A DNA stretch of 64,000 nucleotides from Candidatus Aminicenantes bacterium. GTDB lineage: Bacteria > Acidobacteriota > Aminicenantia > Aminicenantales > Saccharicenantaceae. Under the pieces are notes generated by a model. It was not told where the DNA came from, searched no databases, and worked only from the letters and a program-made list of their open reading frames with translations. The position numbers and the translations under genes are program-made. Below, one piece after another: positions 19,955 to 29,833 of this stretch (position 1 is its first letter; each line of letters begins with the position of its first letter). The stretch spans positions 38,638-102,637 of the forward strand of contig CAVWFA010000012.1 in assembly GCA_963754085.1 (NCBI GenBank), in the 5' to 3' direction.

Positions 19955-22285
19955 CTATTTTTTCGGGGCCTCCGTGATCTCCACGAAGAGGGACTTGGCC
20001 TCGCGCTTGCTCTTCCAGATGGCCCAGACGGTGGCGGCCAGGAGCACCGCAACGACCGCGGCCAGGCCGGGCGTCATCTTATTGTACTTGACGATGATCG
20101 GCGCCGCGATCAGGCTGACCAGATTGGTGACCTTGATCATCGGGTTGAGGGCCGGGCCGGCCGTGTCCTTGAGCGGGTCGCCGACCGTGTCGCCGACGAC
20201 GCCGGCCTTGTGGCGGTCCGAACCCTTGCCCGTGCAGGCGATAATATCTTTGGGCTCGTCCTCGATCGACTTCTTGGCGTTGTCCCACGCGCCGCCCGCG
20301 TTGGCCATGAAGACGGCCAGGAGCTGGCCGCTCAGGATGATCCCTGCGAGGAAGCCGCCCAGGGCCTCGACCTGGAGGACCAGGCCGACGATGAGCGGAA
20401 GGAAGACCGAGATCAGGGCCAGCGGCACGAGCTCCTTCTGGGCCGCCGCCGTCGAGATCTTGATGACCCCGGCGTAATCCGGCTTGACCTTGCCCTCCAT
20501 GATGCCGGGGATCTTGAACTGGCGCCGGACCTCCTCGACGATGAGGCCGGCCGCCCGGGTGACGGCCCGGAGCGACAGCGAGCTGAAGAGCCAGGGGAAG
20601 GCCCCCCCGAGGAGCAGCCCGACGAAGACCTTGGTCTCGGACAGGCGGATGGAGGTCATGACATTCTGGATGCCGAGCTGGATCTGGACCCGGCCGACAT
20701 CCGTGATATAGGACGCGAACAAGCTGACGGCGGCGATGACCGCCGAGGCGATGGCCACCCCCTTGGTGATGGCCTTGGTCGTGTTCCCGACGGCGTCGAG
20801 GTCGGCCATGATCTGGCGGGCCTTGATCGTCTCCTCGTCGCACTGGTCGTGCCAGGACATCTCGGCGATGCCGTTGGCGTTGTCGGAGATCGGGCCGTAG
20901 GAGTCCATGGCCACGTTGTTGCCCGTGTGGCTGAGCATGCCGATGCCGATCATGGCCACGGCGTACAGGACGTAAAGCGCCCCGGCCGAGCTGTAGAGGG
21001 CCAGGGCGATGATGAAGCTGATGGCGATGATGACGACGGCCCAGACGCTCGACTCCATCCCGACGGCCAGGCCGGAGAGGATGGTCGTCGCCGGCCCGGT
21101 CTTGGTCGACTTGACGATCTCCTTGACCGGGCTCTTGCGGGTCGAGGTGAAGTAGGAGGTCAGGGGGTTGAAGGCCACGGCCAGGCCGACGCCGACCGAG
21201 GTCAGCATGGCCAGCCGCCAGTCATGGGCGTAATTGACGGCCACGACGAAGGACCAGATGATGGTGTTGACGCTCGAGACCTCGTAGGACCGGAACATGG
21301 CCTCCTCGGCGTCCTTGGCCCGCATGAACTTGATCGGGAAGCGCTCCCAGATCGGGACGGTGAACGTCCCCAGGATCGAGGAGATGACGCCGATGGCCCG
21401 GATGATCAGGGGATAGACGATCCACTTCAGGGAGTGGGTCGGGTCGATGGCCATCAGGGCCAGCCCCAGGATCAGCCCGGAGACGATGGTCACTTCGTAG
21501 GACTCGAAGATGTCGGCGGCCATGCCGGCGCAGTCGCCGACGTTGTCGCCGACGAGGTCGGCGATGACCGCGGCGTTGCGCGGATCGTCCTCGGGGATGT
21601 CCTTCTCGACCTTGCCGACGAGGTCGGCGCCGACGTCGGCGGCCTTGGTGAAGATGCCGCCGCCGACCCGCATGAACAGGGCCAGGAGCGTGCCGCCGAA
21701 GCCGAAGCCGAGCAGGGCGTCCGGCGCCGCGGTGCCGAAGACGATGAAGATCAGGGTGCCGCCGAACAGGCCCAGGCCGTCGGTCAGCATGCCCGTGATC
21801 GTTCCGGCGTAATAGGCGATGGACAGGGCCTCGTTGAAGCCGCGCCGCGCCGCCGCCGCGGCCCGCACGTTGGCCTGGATGGCCATGCGCATGCCGAGCT
21901 GGCCGACGAGGAGCGAGAACGTCGCGCCCATGATGAAGGCGATCGTCCGGCCGATGGCCACGATGATCTGGGCGTTCTTCTGGCCGAACTCGGCCACCGC
22001 CTCGCGGCTGGCCGGCACGACGTAGACGCTCAGGAACAGGGCGACCGTCAGGCCGCCGATGATGGGCAGGATCTTGCGCAGCTGCGTCTTGAGGTAGCTG
22101 TCCGCGCCGATGCGGATGGCGTTCCAGACCTCCTGCATCTTGGCCGTGCCCTTGTCCTTCTTGAGCACGACCTTGCGCAGCATCCAGGCGTACCAGAGGC
22201 TGATGAAGGCCGTCAGCATGACGCCGCAGATGGCGATCTGCTCGAACGAGTTCAGCCCGTGGCGGGCGAGACCCAGGATGTTCAT
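19955..22285 (-). CDS. hppA: Membrane-bound proton/sodium-translocating pyrophosphatase (V-PPase).
   Basis: 776 aa with the canonical motifs GGGIFTKAADVGADLVGKVE and DNVGDCAGMAADIFESY. Confidence 0.9.
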   Translation of the reverse strand: MNILGLARHGLNSFEQIAICGVMLTAFISLWYAWMLRKVVLKKDKGTAKMQEVWNAIRIGADSYLKTQLRKILPIIGGLTVALFLSVYVVPASREAVAEFGQKNAQIIVAIGRTIAFIMGATFSLLVGQLGMRMAIQANVRAAAAARRGFNEALSIAYYAGTITGMLTDGLGLFGGTLIFIVFGTAAPDALLGFGFGGTLLALFMRVGGGIFTKAADVGADLVGKVEKDIPEDDPRNAAVIADLVGDNVGDCAGMAADIFESYEVTIVSGLILGLALMAIDPTHSLKWIVYPLIIRAIGVISSILGTFTVPIWERFPIKFMRAKDAEEAMFRSYEVSSVNTIIWSFVVAVNYAHDWRLAMLTSVGVGLAVAFNPLTSYFTSTRKSPVKEIVKSTKTGPATTILSGLAVGMESSVWAVVIIAISFIIALALYSSAGALYVLYAVAMIGIGMLSHTGNNVAMDSYGPISDNANGIAEMSWHDQCDEETIKARQIMADLDAVGNTTKAITKGVAIASAVIAAVSLFASYITDVGRVQIQLGIQNVMTSIRLSETKVFVGLLLGGAFPWLFSSLSLRAVTRAAGLIVEEVRRQFKIPGIMEGKVKPDYAGVIKISTAAAQKELVPLALISVFLPLIVGLVLQVEALGGFLAGIILSGQLLAVFMANAGGAWDNAKKSIEDEPKDIIACTGKGSDRHKAGVVGDTVGDPLKDTAGPALNPMIKVTNLVSLIAAPIIVKYNKMTPGLAAVVAVLLAATVWAIWKSKREAKSLFVEITEAPKK

Positions 22286-22440
22286 GCGTGTCTCCTCAAA
22301 CCGGAATGGGACCGCGCCGGGGACTGTCGGACCCGCCCCCTGACGCCCGGGAAAGTGCTTATTTTACACAAGTCGGGCCAAAAATCAACCCCGGTTTTAT
22401 GCTATAATACCGCTTCTGTCCCCGGGGGACGGATGAACCC

Positions 22441-24369
22441 ATGAGCGAATACGGATTCCTCTTCAAGCCGTTCGCCGAGATGACCGAGGCGGACTACGCC
22501 GAGGTCGGCTTCCGCTCCGGCCTGGAGATCCATCAGCAGCTCCTGACCGAGAAAAAGCTCTTCTGCCGCTGCCCGGCCGGCCGTTACAGCGACAAGTACG
22601 ATGCCGAGATCCTCCGCCACATGCGGCCGACCCTGTCCGAGCTGGGCGAGTACGACGGCACGGCCCTCATGGAGTTCAAGACCAGGAAGGAGATCATCTA
22701 CCGGATCAACCGGGAGACGGTCTGCACCTACGAGATGGACGACACGCCGCCGTTCATGATCGACGAGCACGCCCTCGACATCGCCCTCGGCGTGGCCATG
22801 CTCTACAGCCTCGCCCTTGTCGACGAGCTCCACATCGCCCGCAAGCAGTACCTCGACGGCAGCATCCCGACCGGCTTCCAGCGGACGACCATCGTCGGCG
22901 TCACCGGCTGGGTCCCGTACAAAGATCGCCGCATCTCCATCGTCCAGCTCGGCCTCGAGGAGGACGCCTGCCGCGAGGTCAGCGACGTCGGGCACCGCCG
23001 CGTCTACCGGACCGACCGCCTGGGCATGCCCCTCATCGAGACCGTGACCGGCCCCGATATGCGCATGCCCCGGGAGGTCGCCGAGGTCGCCCAGATCCTC
23101 CGGCGCCTGGTGCGGAGCACCGGGCAGGTCCGGACCGGGATGGGCGCCGCCCGCGAGGACGTCAACGTCAGCGTCCGCGGCGGCACCCGCGTCGAGATCA
23201 AGGGCGTGCCCCGCATCCCCCGCATCCCGCTCCTGACCTATCACGAGGCCATGCGCCAGTGGAACCTGCTGCGCCTGCGCGAGGAGCTCCGCGGCCGCGG
23301 CATCACTCCGGAGACCTTCAAGTCCGAATCCGAGGACGTCACCCGGATCCTCGTCAAGACGAGCTACGAGCCCATCCGCGACGCGATCGGCGCCGGCGCG
23401 GTCGCCGCGGCCGTCGCGCTGCGCGGCTTCCGCGATCTCCTGGGCTGGCAGACGCAGACCAACACCCGCTTCTCCCGCGAGATCTCCGACCGCGTCCGGG
23501 TCGTCGCCTGCCTGACCAAGCTCCCCAACATCATCCACTCCGACAGTCTCTCGGAGACCCTCTCGAGCTCCCGCTGGGATTCCGTGCGCAAGGCCGTCCG
23601 GGCCGCCGCGGACGACACCGTGGTCGTCGTCTGGGGGCCGGCCGAGGATGTCAGGACGGCCGTCCAGGAGATCGCGATCCGGGCCAGGGAAGCCACGGTC
23701 GGCATCCCGTCCGAGACGCGCCAGGCCCTGCGCGACGGCACGAACGGCTTCGAGCGCATCCTGCCCGGGCCGGACCGGATGTACCCCGACACCGACCTGC
23801 CGCCCAAGCAGGTCACCGAGGAGCGCCTGGCGGCCATCCGCCGGCGCCTGCCCGTTCCGGTCTGGACGCGCGAAGCCTGGTACCGCGAGCTCGGCCTGCC
23901 CGCGGACGTCGTCGAGGTCCTCTCAGTCTCCCGGCTGGCCGGCCTCTTCGAGATCCTGGTCAAGGACTGGCGGATCGATCCCGTGGCCGCGGCCGTGGCC
24001 CTCGTCCAATTCCCCAAGCGGCTGAAAAGAAAGGGGCTCGACCCGGCCGTGCTCACCGAGGAGACCCTCCGCCGCATCTTCGCCCTGTTCCGCGACCGGA
24101 GGATCTCCCGCGACGGCGTGTGGGCCCTGATGGACCGGGCCGCCCGGGGCGGGCCTCTGCCCGAGGCGGGCGAGGTCCGGCCGGCGACCGAAGAGGAGAT
24201 CTACGCCCAGGTCGTCGAGTCGAACGGCCGGCTCCGGACGATGAAGGTCCACAACGCCGACAGGAAGACCCATGTCCTGATGGGCCTGGTCATGACCGCC
24301 CTGCGCGGCCGCGTCGAAGGCGGGGCCATCGTCGAGCGCGTCCGGGCGGCCGCCGAAGGGACATGCTGA
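22441..24369 (+). CDS. gatE: Glutamyl-tRNA(Gln) amidotransferase subunit E (archaeal-type GatE).
   Basis: GLEIHQQL...KLFCRCP and the AspRS-like insertion are characteristic of GatE rather than GatB. The protein is 642 aa. Confidence 0.75.
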   Translation: MSEYGFLFKPFAEMTEADYAEVGFRSGLEIHQQLLTEKKLFCRCPAGRYSDKYDAEILRHMRPTLSELGEYDGTALMEFKTRKEIIYRINRETVCTYEMDDTPPFMIDEHALDIALGVAMLYSLALVDELHIARKQYLDGSIPTGFQRTTIVGVTGWVPYKDRRISIVQLGLEEDACREVSDVGHRRVYRTDRLGMPLIETVTGPDMRMPREVAEVAQILRRLVRSTGQVRTGMGAAREDVNVSVRGGTRVEIKGVPRIPRIPLLTYHEAMRQWNLLRLREELRGRGITPETFKSESEDVTRILVKTSYEPIRDAIGAGAVAAAVALRGFRDLLGWQTQTNTRFSREISDRVRVVACLTKLPNIIHSDSLSETLSSSRWDSVRKAVRAAADDTVVVVWGPAEDVRTAVQEIAIRAREATVGIPSETRQALRDGTNGFERILPGPDRMYPDTDLPPKQVTEERLAAIRRRLPVPVWTREAWYRELGLPADVVEVLSVSRLAGLFEILVKDWRIDPVAAAVALVQFPKRLKRKGLDPAVLTEETLRRIFALFRDRRISRDGVWALMDRAARGGPLPEAGEVRPATEEEIYAQVVESNGRLRTMKVHNADRKTHVLMGLVMTALRGRVEGGAIVERVRAAAEGTC

Positions 24370-25826
24370 TGGCCGGGAACGACGACTACAAAGGCTACCG
24401 GGGCGAGGCCCTCGAGACGCTCAAGAATTTCGGGGCCCTGGTCTGGAGCGACGTCGAGATCCGGACCTCCCGCGGCACCTACACCGGCATCATCCTGCCG
24501 CGCTCCGAGACGGCCGACCCCCACCACATCGTCGTCAAGCTCCGCTCGGGCTACAACATCGGTTTGGCGTCCCGGTCGATCGAGGCCGTCGCCATCAGCG
24601 GCCGCAAGGAAGCCCACTACAAGATCCCCGAGAAGGAGTTCCCCTTCGATCCGGCCAAGCCCAAGGTCAAGCTCCTGGGCACGGGCGGGACGATCGCCAG
24701 CCGCCTCGATTACCGGACCGGGGCCGTCATCCCGGCCTTTTCGCCGGGAGAGCTGTACGGGTCCGTGCCGGAGCTGGCCGACATCTGCAACCTCGAGACC
24801 GAGAAGCTCTTCGGCGTCTTCAGCGAGAACATGGGCCCCGAACAATATATCGCCACGGCCCAGGCCATCGGCCGGGAGATCGAAAAGGGGGTCCAGGGGA
24901 TCGTCATCGGCCACGGCACGGACACCATGCACCACACCGCGGCCATCCTGTCGTTCATGGTCCAGGATTCGCCGGTGCCCATCGTCATGGTCGGGTCCCA
25001 GCGCTCCTCGGACCGGCCGTCCTCCGACGCCGCGCTCAACCTCATGCACAGCGTCAAGACGGCGGCCGAAAGCGACATCGCCGAGGTCATGGTCTGCATG
25101 TTCGGGCCGACCTCGGACACCTACGGCCTCCTCCACCGGGGGACGCGGGTCCGGAAGATGCACTCGAGCTACCGGTCGACCTTCCGGACGATCGGCGACA
25201 TCCCCATCGCCATGGTCAGCCGGGACCGGATCACGCCTCTCCGGCAGGATTACAAGCGCCGCCGGCCGGACCGGTCGGTCAAGATCGACACGGCTTTCGA
25301 GGAGCGCGTGTCCATCGTCTATTACTACCCGAATATGAAGCCGGACATCGTCGACTCGCTCATCGACAACGGCTACCGCGGCATCGTCATCGCCGGGACG
25401 GGACTGGGCCACGTCAACAAACCTCTCTATCCCGCGCTGAAGCGGGCCCGGGACAAGGGCATCGCCGTTTTCATGACCGTCCAGACGCTCTGGGGCTACG
25501 TCCAGATGTACGTCTATGATACGGGGCGCGACATGATGGAGCTCGGCGTCATCCCGGCCGCGAACATGCTGCCCGAGGTGGCCTACGTCAAGCTGGCCTG
25601 GGCGCTCGGAAAGACCGCCGATCTCGAGGAGGTCCGTCGGATCATGCTGACGCCGATCGCCGGCGAGACCACGGAACGGGAGCCGTCCAACGGCTACCTC
25701 ATCTTCCAGGGCGGCATTCCCGAGGTCGAGGAGTTCATCTCGACCATCAAGAAGTGGGACATCCCTCCTCAGAACTCGAAGCGCAGCCCCAGCCGCATGA
25801 CCCGCGGGTTGAGGATCTCGTTGTAG
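24366..25826 (+). CDS. gatD: Glutamyl-tRNA(Gln) amidotransferase subunit D (GatD, asparaginase-like). The C-terminal approx. 20 aa may be artefactual read-through into the convergent gene.
   Basis: Asparaginase motifs LLGTGGTIAS and GIVIGHGTDTM are present. Its start overlaps the gatE stop (ATGCTGA), indicating translational coupling. Confidence 0.75.
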   Translation: MMAGNDDYKGYRGEALETLKNFGALVWSDVEIRTSRGTYTGIILPRSETADPHHIVVKLRSGYNIGLASRSIEAVAISGRKEAHYKIPEKEFPFDPAKPKVKLLGTGGTIASRLDYRTGAVIPAFSPGELYGSVPELADICNLETEKLFGVFSENMGPEQYIATAQAIGREIEKGVQGIVIGHGTDTMHHTAAILSFMVQDSPVPIVMVGSQRSSDRPSSDAALNLMHSVKTAAESDIAEVMVCMFGPTSDTYGLLHRGTRVRKMHSSYRSTFRTIGDIPIAMVSRDRITPLRQDYKRRRPDRSVKIDTAFEERVSIVYYYPNMKPDIVDSLIDNGYRGIVIAGTGLGHVNKPLYPALKRARDKGIAVFMTVQTLWGYVQMYVYDTGRDMMELGVIPAANMLPEVAYVKLAWALGKTADLEEVRRIMLTPIAGETTEREPSNGYLIFQGGIPEVEEFISTIKKWDIPPQNSKRSPSRMTRGLRISL

Positions 25827-28800
25827 AGCCGGTTGGAGGGGTTGGCCGACGACTCTTCCGTGTCCACGTAATAGACGCCGTAGTAGGCGTCGTAGGCCCT
25901 GTTGACGACCGCCGAATTCAGGACGTTGAAGACGTCGATCATCGCGTACAGGCGGCCGCTGCCCACGTTGAACTTCTTCTCGAGCCGGAGCGACAGGTTG
26001 CTGAAGACGGGGAGGCTGTCTTTCGTCGCCGTCTGCAGGTAGACCGTGTTCGACCCGTACAGGCCGGGCCACAATTCGCTGTCGGCGTAGGCCAGCGTGA
26101 CGTAGTTCGGGATCTTCCAGCCCTCCCGGGCGACCAGCGTGGCCGAGGCGTCGAAGCCCCAAGGCAGCTGGTAGAGGGCGCTGATCTTGGTCATCCACCG
26201 CGCGTACATCTGGGCCGGGATCTTGCCGCCGGACGAGCCGCCCCAGTTGCCGTAGGACTTGCCGTCGATGGCCCACACGTTCGTCGGGTCGAGATAGGAA
26301 TCGCCCCAGTGGACGCGCTGGTCCTGGAGCGTCACCGAGGCGTTCAGGAACCAGCGGTTGGCGAGGCGCTTGGTCACGGCCAGGTCGAGGCCGAGATAGG
26401 TCCGGGAGGCCGAGCTCTTGTCGACCAGCCGGTAGGGTGTGTCTCCCGGGAAGGCCGCGGACGGCAGGTACCAGGTCCGGCCGGCGGCCGCGCCCATGGC
26501 GACGGTCTCCTCGCCGATCTCGACGGTGTCCGGGATGGTCCCGGCCTCGACGTACCAGGGGCCGGTGGTGTTGTCGATGACCAGGTCCGGCGTCGACGGA
26601 TAGATGTCGGCCGGGTAGAAGTACTTGGCCCAGTCGAAGTTGTCGTAACGCCGATAGGTCGCGGCGATGGACGCGGCCAGGTCGGGCCGCAGCTCCTTCT
26701 CGAGGCTGAGCATGATCTCGCGCGTCCGGGGCGAGGTCTTGACGTTCTTGGCGTTGGGATCGATATCGCTGCGGAAGAACGTCGTCTGGCTGTCGTAGTT
26801 GACGGTCGAGCTGTGGGTGAAGTCGTAGTCGCTGTAGTTCCCGGCGAGATAGGCGTCGCCTTCGAAGCCGCCCGCGAGCGCGGCCGAGGTTTCGGCGGTG
26901 AGGGCGCTGTTCTCGTCGAGCAGGGCGTAGAGCTGGTTCGGCGTTTCGGGGTGGACCGCGGAATACTGCCAGAACATCTCCAAGACATCGACCCTCTTGT
27001 CGGCGTCCAGGTCCTTCCACCAGAAGGCCATGCTGCCGGTCACGCCCAGCGGCCGGGGGGTGTTGGCGCCGGCGGCCAGGACGTCCCCGTACTGGGCCAG
27101 GGAGAGCTTGAGCATGGTCCGGCCGTCGCCCTTGAGGTCCCAGCTGATGCCGATGCGGGGCGACCAGGTGCTCCATTCGTAGCGGGGGTCGATCGGATCG
27201 ACGGTGAGGGCCGGGATGTAGTTGGCCAGGGCCGTCATCGCATCGTTCGTATAGACGTTCGACCAGCTCGAGACGACCGTGGAGATGCCGACGGCGTCGG
27301 TCGAGGGCTGCTGGTAGTCGTAGCGGAGGCCGAGCTGGAACGTGAACCGGTCCTTGGAGAACGTGTCCTGGATGAAGGCGGAGGTCCGCTTGGCCAGGTT
27401 GGCCTGCCAGTTCGACCGGGTGACGACGAACCGCTGCCATTCCGGCGGCGGGACGACCAGGCCCTCGCCGAGATCGATGAGCGGGTCGGTGAAGTTCCGG
27501 GTGATCTCGTAGTTCTGGGGCATCCCGGAAATGCTTCGGGCTTCCCTGTCCGAGAACAGGAGCCCGCCCTTGATCTCGTGGGCCAGGCCGAGGAAGGCGT
27601 CCTTGTAGAGGGTGCCCGTGAGCTCGATGTCCCGGCCGGACCGGAGGATCTCGCTGGCGTCCCAGGACCGTCCGAACGAGGCCGAGAAGGGGACATACGT
27701 GCCCTCGGCGACGTCGGTGACGACCGGGTACGCCATGGCCTCGTCGATCATGGGCTTGGTCACGGCCCCCGTGTTCGTCGAAGTCAGCTTGACCGAGAGA
27801 TAGAAGGAGTTGCCGAAGACCTGCTCGTCCTGGAATTTGAAGATCGGGCTGCCCAGGTCGTAGCGGCCCCGGCGGTGGTCGCCCTCCGGCTTGGCGAAGC
27901 TGGCGTTGGCGCCGTACTTTTCGTTCTGGCTGGTCGTGGACAGGATCTCGATCCGGTTCCCGCGGATGGGTTGGGCGTTGAGCTTGAAGGTGAAGTTGTT
28001 GAAGAGGGTCCGGTCCGGCTGGTCGTAGATGGTGTAATTGAACAGGTCCTGGACGCCGTAAGCGCCCCAGAACCAGACCCTGTTCTTGATGATGGGGCCG
28101 CCGAAGCCGGCGCCGAAGTCGCTGATCCGCTCGATCCGGTTCGTGTTGGTGACGCCTTGGGACCGCAGCTCCGCGGTCATGTTGGAGGCCTGGAAGGCGC
28201 TGTCGGTCAGGTAGAACCGGGCCGTCGCCGAGAGCTTGTTGCCGCCGCGGCGGGTGACCATGTTCATGGACAGGCCGCCCGTCGGCTGGGTCACGTCGGC
28301 GGCGCCGCCCGTCGTGACCGAGATCGTCTCGATCGCGTCGAAATCGAAATTGACGTCGGACATGCCGAGAACGTAGGGATCGGTGACGTCGATGCCGTCG
28401 ACCGACCAGGTGTTCTGGGCGCCGTTGGTGTTATCGCCCCTGGCCACGAGCCCGGACTGCTGGGCCGACTCGTTGCCGCCGACGTTCTCGCGGTCGATCA
28501 TGACCGCGGGGACGAGCTGGGCGATGACCCAGGGGTCCCGGGCCGTCGGCAGGCTCTGGAGCTCCGTCCAGCCGAGCTCCGCGCCCGTCGTGAATTTCTT
28601 CCCGTCGACCGGCGCGGAGGGGCCGGCCGCGGTCACCTCTTCCCCCGGCTTGCCGGGCTCGAGGACGAAGTCGACCGTGACGTGACCGCCGACCGCGATC
28701 GCCAGGCCGGACCGGACGGCCGCCTTGTACTCGTCCAGCTCCGCCCTGACGACGTAATCCGGGCCCGGGAAGACCGCGGGGAAGCGGAACACGCCGGACG

Positions 28801-28981
28801 AGGCTGTGACGGCCTTCAGATCGGCGGCTTGCGGGCAGGACAGGGTGACCTTGACGCGGGCCAGGGGTTTGCCCTGTTTGTCCACGATCCGGCCCTGCAC
28901 CTGGCCGGTCCGGAGCTGTGCCGACAGGGACAGGGATAGGGCGAGCAGGAGAAGGGGGGCGATGAGCACAGCTTTTTTCAA
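25769..28981 (-). CDS. TonB-dependent receptor with an N-terminal carboxypeptidase-regulatory-like domain.
   Basis: 1070 aa with a signal peptide, a CarbopepD_reg-like N-terminus and a C-terminal ...RLGLRFEF. This is a typical Acidobacterial TBDR architecture. Confidence 0.8.
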   Translation of the reverse strand: MKKAVLIAPLLLLALSLSLSAQLRTGQVQGRIVDKQGKPLARVKVTLSCPQAADLKAVTASSGVFRFPAVFPGPDYVVRAELDEYKAAVRSGLAIAVGGHVTVDFVLEPGKPGEEVTAAGPSAPVDGKKFTTGAELGWTELQSLPTARDPWVIAQLVPAVMIDRENVGGNESAQQSGLVARGDNTNGAQNTWSVDGIDVTDPYVLGMSDVNFDFDAIETISVTTGGAADVTQPTGGLSMNMVTRRGGNKLSATARFYLTDSAFQASNMTAELRSQGVTNTNRIERISDFGAGFGGPIIKNRVWFWGAYGVQDLFNYTIYDQPDRTLFNNFTFKLNAQPIRGNRIEILSTTSQNEKYGANASFAKPEGDHRRGRYDLGSPIFKFQDEQVFGNSFYLSVKLTSTNTGAVTKPMIDEAMAYPVVTDVAEGTYVPFSASFGRSWDASEILRSGRDIELTGTLYKDAFLGLAHEIKGGLLFSDREARSISGMPQNYEITRNFTDPLIDLGEGLVVPPPEWQRFVVTRSNWQANLAKRTSAFIQDTFSKDRFTFQLGLRYDYQQPSTDAVGISTVVSSWSNVYTNDAMTALANYIPALTVDPIDPRYEWSTWSPRIGISWDLKGDGRTMLKLSLAQYGDVLAAGANTPRPLGVTGSMAFWWKDLDADKRVDVLEMFWQYSAVHPETPNQLYALLDENSALTAETSAALAGGFEGDAYLAGNYSDYDFTHSSTVNYDSQTTFFRSDIDPNAKNVKTSPRTREIMLSLEKELRPDLAASIAATYRRYDNFDWAKYFYPADIYPSTPDLVIDNTTGPWYVEAGTIPDTVEIGEETVAMGAAAGRTWYLPSAAFPGDTPYRLVDKSSASRTYLGLDLAVTKRLANRWFLNASVTLQDQRVHWGDSYLDPTNVWAIDGKSYGNWGGSSGGKIPAQMYARWMTKISALYQLPWGFDASATLVAREGWKIPNYVTLAYADSELWPGLYGSNTVYLQTATKDSLPVFSNLSLRLEKKFNVGSGRLYAMIDVFNVLNSAVVNRAYDAYYGVYYVDTEESSANPSNRLYNEILNPRVMRLGLRFEF

Positions 28982-29066
28982 TGAAGCCTCCTAGGTCGAA
29001 ACGGGACCGCGATCATAAAACCGTCCGATGGCCGGAATTGTTCCACCCGATTATAGCAAATCGGGC

Positions 29067-29801
29067 TCACTTCGTCTTGAGGAAATGCAGGCTCCGGGGC
29101 TCCCGCTCCATATGGTAGACGATCATGGCCTGGAGGGACCTGCGGATGGCGGCCGTCTCCCCGGGCGGGAACGGCGGGGCGCAGACCCCGGTCGGCGGGT
29201 TTTTGCGGATCCAGCGGAGGAACTCCCGGATCGCGGGCGGGATCTCGTCCTTCCTGGCGGGCGTGCAATCGGGGCAGTAGGCGCCGTCCTTCTTGAGGGC
29301 CAGCCAGCTCGCGACGAGGGGTTTACGGCAATTCCGGCAGCCGGAGAGGTCCGGCATTAGCCCGTTGGACTGGAGGAACCAGGCCTCGAAGTAGGCCGCC
29401 GTGAACTCCCGGTCGCCGCCGCTCTTGAGGCAGCGGAGGACGGAGAGGAGGAGCCGGTAAAGGACCTCCTCTCGGGCCCGGGCCGGGGCGAACTCCTCGA
29501 TGAGCTCGGCGAAATAGGTCAGCAGGAAGGCCGTCGCGGGCTCGGCCTGGATCTCGAAGAAGGACTCGATGAGGTCGCAGCCGGAGACGGTGACGAGCTC
29601 GCGGCGTTCCTTCTCGTAGTAGAACACGCGGACGACGGACATGGGCTCCAGGCTGCTGCCGAAGCGGTTGCCGAACTTGCGGGCGCCCTTGGCCACTCCC
29701 CGGAGGACGCCCTTTTCGCGGCAGAAGAAGACGGCGATCTTGTCCTGGTCGCCGACGTTCGAGGTTCGCAGGACGACGGCTTCGGCCTGGTCGGTGGGCA
29801 T
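29067..29801 (-). CDS. recO: DNA repair protein RecO.
   Basis: A 244-aa protein with an OB-fold N-terminus and a CxxC...CxxC zinc motif (CRNC...CPDC). Confidence 0.75.
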   Translation of the reverse strand: MPTDQAEAVVLRTSNVGDQDKIAVFFCREKGVLRGVAKGARKFGNRFGSSLEPMSVVRVFYYEKERRELVTVSGCDLIESFFEIQAEPATAFLLTYFAELIEEFAPARAREEVLYRLLLSVLRCLKSGGDREFTAAYFEAWFLQSNGLMPDLSGCRNCRKPLVASWLALKKDGAYCPDCTPARKDEIPPAIREFLRWIRKNPPTGVCAPPFPPGETAAIRRSLQAMIVYHMEREPRSLHFLKTK

Positions 29802-29833
29802 GATTCAGGCGCTCGGGAGCATGGGGCGGGACG

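Noticed and set aside
24201-27440. Very long ORFs on the opposite strand of real genes. Examples are the 1079-aa ORF at 24201-27440, the 1061-aa ORF at 25754-28939, the 903-aa ORF at 15236-17947, the 776-aa ORF at 632-2968 past the frameshift, the 744-aa ORF at 20210-22444 and the 696-aa ORF at 52021-54111.
   Set aside because: Their translations are low-complexity Arg/Pro/Gly-rich and antisense or out of frame to strongly conserved genes. They are the expected stop-codon-poor artefacts of a 68% GC genome.
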